This document shows positions 53,683 through 54,855 of a stretch of 54,855 bases of DNA, piece after piece. The DNA comes from an uncultured Bacilli bacterium. Lineage in GTDB: Bacteria > Bacillota_I > Bacilli_A > RF39 > UBA660. The notes beneath the pieces are model-generated. The model was given only the letters and a program-made list of their open reading frames with translations, was not told the DNA's origin and made no database searches. The first letter of the stretch is position 1. Each line of letters begins with the position of its first letter. A program made the position numbers and the translations under genes. The stretch spans positions 1 to 54,855 of the forward strand of contig CALVQY010000002.1 in assembly GCA_944358355.1 (NCBI GenBank). The letters are read 5' to 3'.

Positions 53683-54774
53683 TTACTCAGTAGTTTCTTT
53701 TAATTTCTCATTAATTATCTTTAAGTTATTATTAAGCCTAGGATCGTTTGGCTCTATCTTTATCGCTTTCTCCAAAAATACCTTACTAGCCTCTATTTCT
53801 CCTTTATTATAATAACAAATACTTAATAAGTCATATGGAGTATAACCAAAACTAAATGTCTCATTGATATAACTCTTAGTATGACTCTTAATATTCAAAG
53901 CAAGATTAACATAATGAATAGTATTATCATAATCATCTAATTCATAATAAAGTAAAGCCATTTCCATATAAGGATCTCTTAAATAAGGAGCTTCCTCAAT
54001 CGCTTTAAGAAGCCACATTTTCGCTTCCTCATATCTTTTTAAATACTTATAGCATCTACCAATAAATCGCATAGAAGCACATCGTTCATCTTTCCAAGTA
54101 GCTTTTTCTAAATTTAAATGCCTAATCAAAGTATCAATGGCTTCATTATATTTACCATAATACATATATTCACGACCTAAGTAATGCATATTTCTATCAT
54201 CATTAGGATCTTCTTTAACGCAGATTTCAAGTAAAGGAAGATAACTACTTCTAGACTTAGTTCTATCAGGATAATGATTTAAAATAATATTATCGGTAAC
54301 ACTATATGTTTCAACTTCGTCATACTTTAATATTTCATGAACTGGATGATACCAAGAATAACCTAATCTTTTATGAATCTTCTCATAATAAAAACTTATT
54401 ATAGGCCTATTTTCTTCATCTAAATACCAGTTATAAATATATCTAAGTCTTGTAGTATTATCATTCCAAGCTTTCTCCAACTCATCTCTCCAACCAGGTA
54501 AAAATACTTCATCTAAATCAGTACATACACAAATATCTGCATCCTCTGGCACTAATTTTAAAGACTCATTCCTTGCTACATCAAATCTCCAAGGCTCTAT
54601 TTTTTTAACTTCTACATGAACACCTTTTTCTTTTAGTTTTTCTACCGTATTATCAGTAGAGCCTGTATCAAGAACATAAATCTCATCAGCTTCCTTCATA
54701 GATTCATACCATCTATCAACAAATTTCTCTTCATTTAGACATATAGTATAAACACATACTTTATATTTACTCAT
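53683..54774 (-). CDS. Family-2-like glycosyltransferase fused to TPR repeats
   Basis: The N-terminus VCVYTICLNEEKFVDRWYESM..ADEIYVLDTGSTDNT and a later TDLDE motif resemble GT-A fold proteins. The C-terminal half has TPR-like repeats (YLGREYMYYGKYNEAI, GRCYKYLKRYEEAKMWLLKAIE, ALLYYELDDYDNTIHYVNLAL, SICYYNKGEIEASKVFLEKAIK). Confidence 0.7.
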   Translation of the reverse strand: MSKYKVCVYTICLNEEKFVDRWYESMKEADEIYVLDTGSTDNTVEKLKEKGVHVEVKKIEPWRFDVARNESLKLVPEDADICVCTDLDEVFLPGWRDELEKAWNDNTTRLRYIYNWYLDEENRPIISFYYEKIHKRLGYSWYHPVHEILKYDEVETYSVTDNIILNHYPDRTKSRSSYLPLLEICVKEDPNDDRNMHYLGREYMYYGKYNEAIDTLIRHLNLEKATWKDERCASMRFIGRCYKYLKRYEEAKMWLLKAIEEAPYLRDPYMEMALLYYELDDYDNTIHYVNLALNIKSHTKSYINETFSFGYTPYDLLSICYYNKGEIEASKVFLEKAIKIEPNDPRLNNNLKIINEKLKETTE

Positions 54775-54855
54775 AAATACACCTTGTATAATATAATCAG
54801 TTCTTATTTAAAGGAACTGAATGTATTATATCCTTTCTTTTATATTTTTAAGTTT

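Overview
Very AT-rich chromosomal segment of a low-GC Gram-positive (Bacillota-type) bacterium. This is inferred from PolC, LtaS, PrsA, sortase, SufCDSUB and sporulation-type small proteins. The DUF285/BspA surface proteins suggest an Erysipelotrichales-like or other walled relative of the Mollicutes, but that is only a guess. Nearly all genes are on the + strand. Recognisable housekeeping genes are ftsY, ylxM, fmt, ffh, rpoZ, recX, prsA, sufC-D-S-U-B, an SsbB-like ssb, pdp, ltaS, rluB, ferredoxin, polC, a murF-like ligase and ddl. Between them lie many lineage-specific membrane-anchored or secreted proteins of unknown function. I also see one complete ISAzo13-family insertion sequence, an MqsR-like toxin with an MqsA-HTH/Panacea antitoxin, and a thioester-type adhesin with its own sortase. 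There is a dinD pseudogene cassette flanked by direct repeats, and two tiny YjcZ-type ORFs that are missing from the ORF track. I found no rRNA, tRNA or CRISPR array. TGA is used as a stop codon (fmt, sufD, pdp, DUF218 gene) and Trp is TGG, so the host uses the standard bacterial code. There is no canonical defence island. The most system-like unexplained block is 2.4-12.1 kb. It holds an orphan HerA-class ATPase with a prion-like tail, a TasA-like/DUF285 surface protein, and a tightly coupled operon in which fmt is embedded among five unknown proteins, including a signal-less LRR protein. This block splits the normally contiguous ftsY-ylxM-ffh cluster. All functional calls come from motif recognition by eye; no database search was run.
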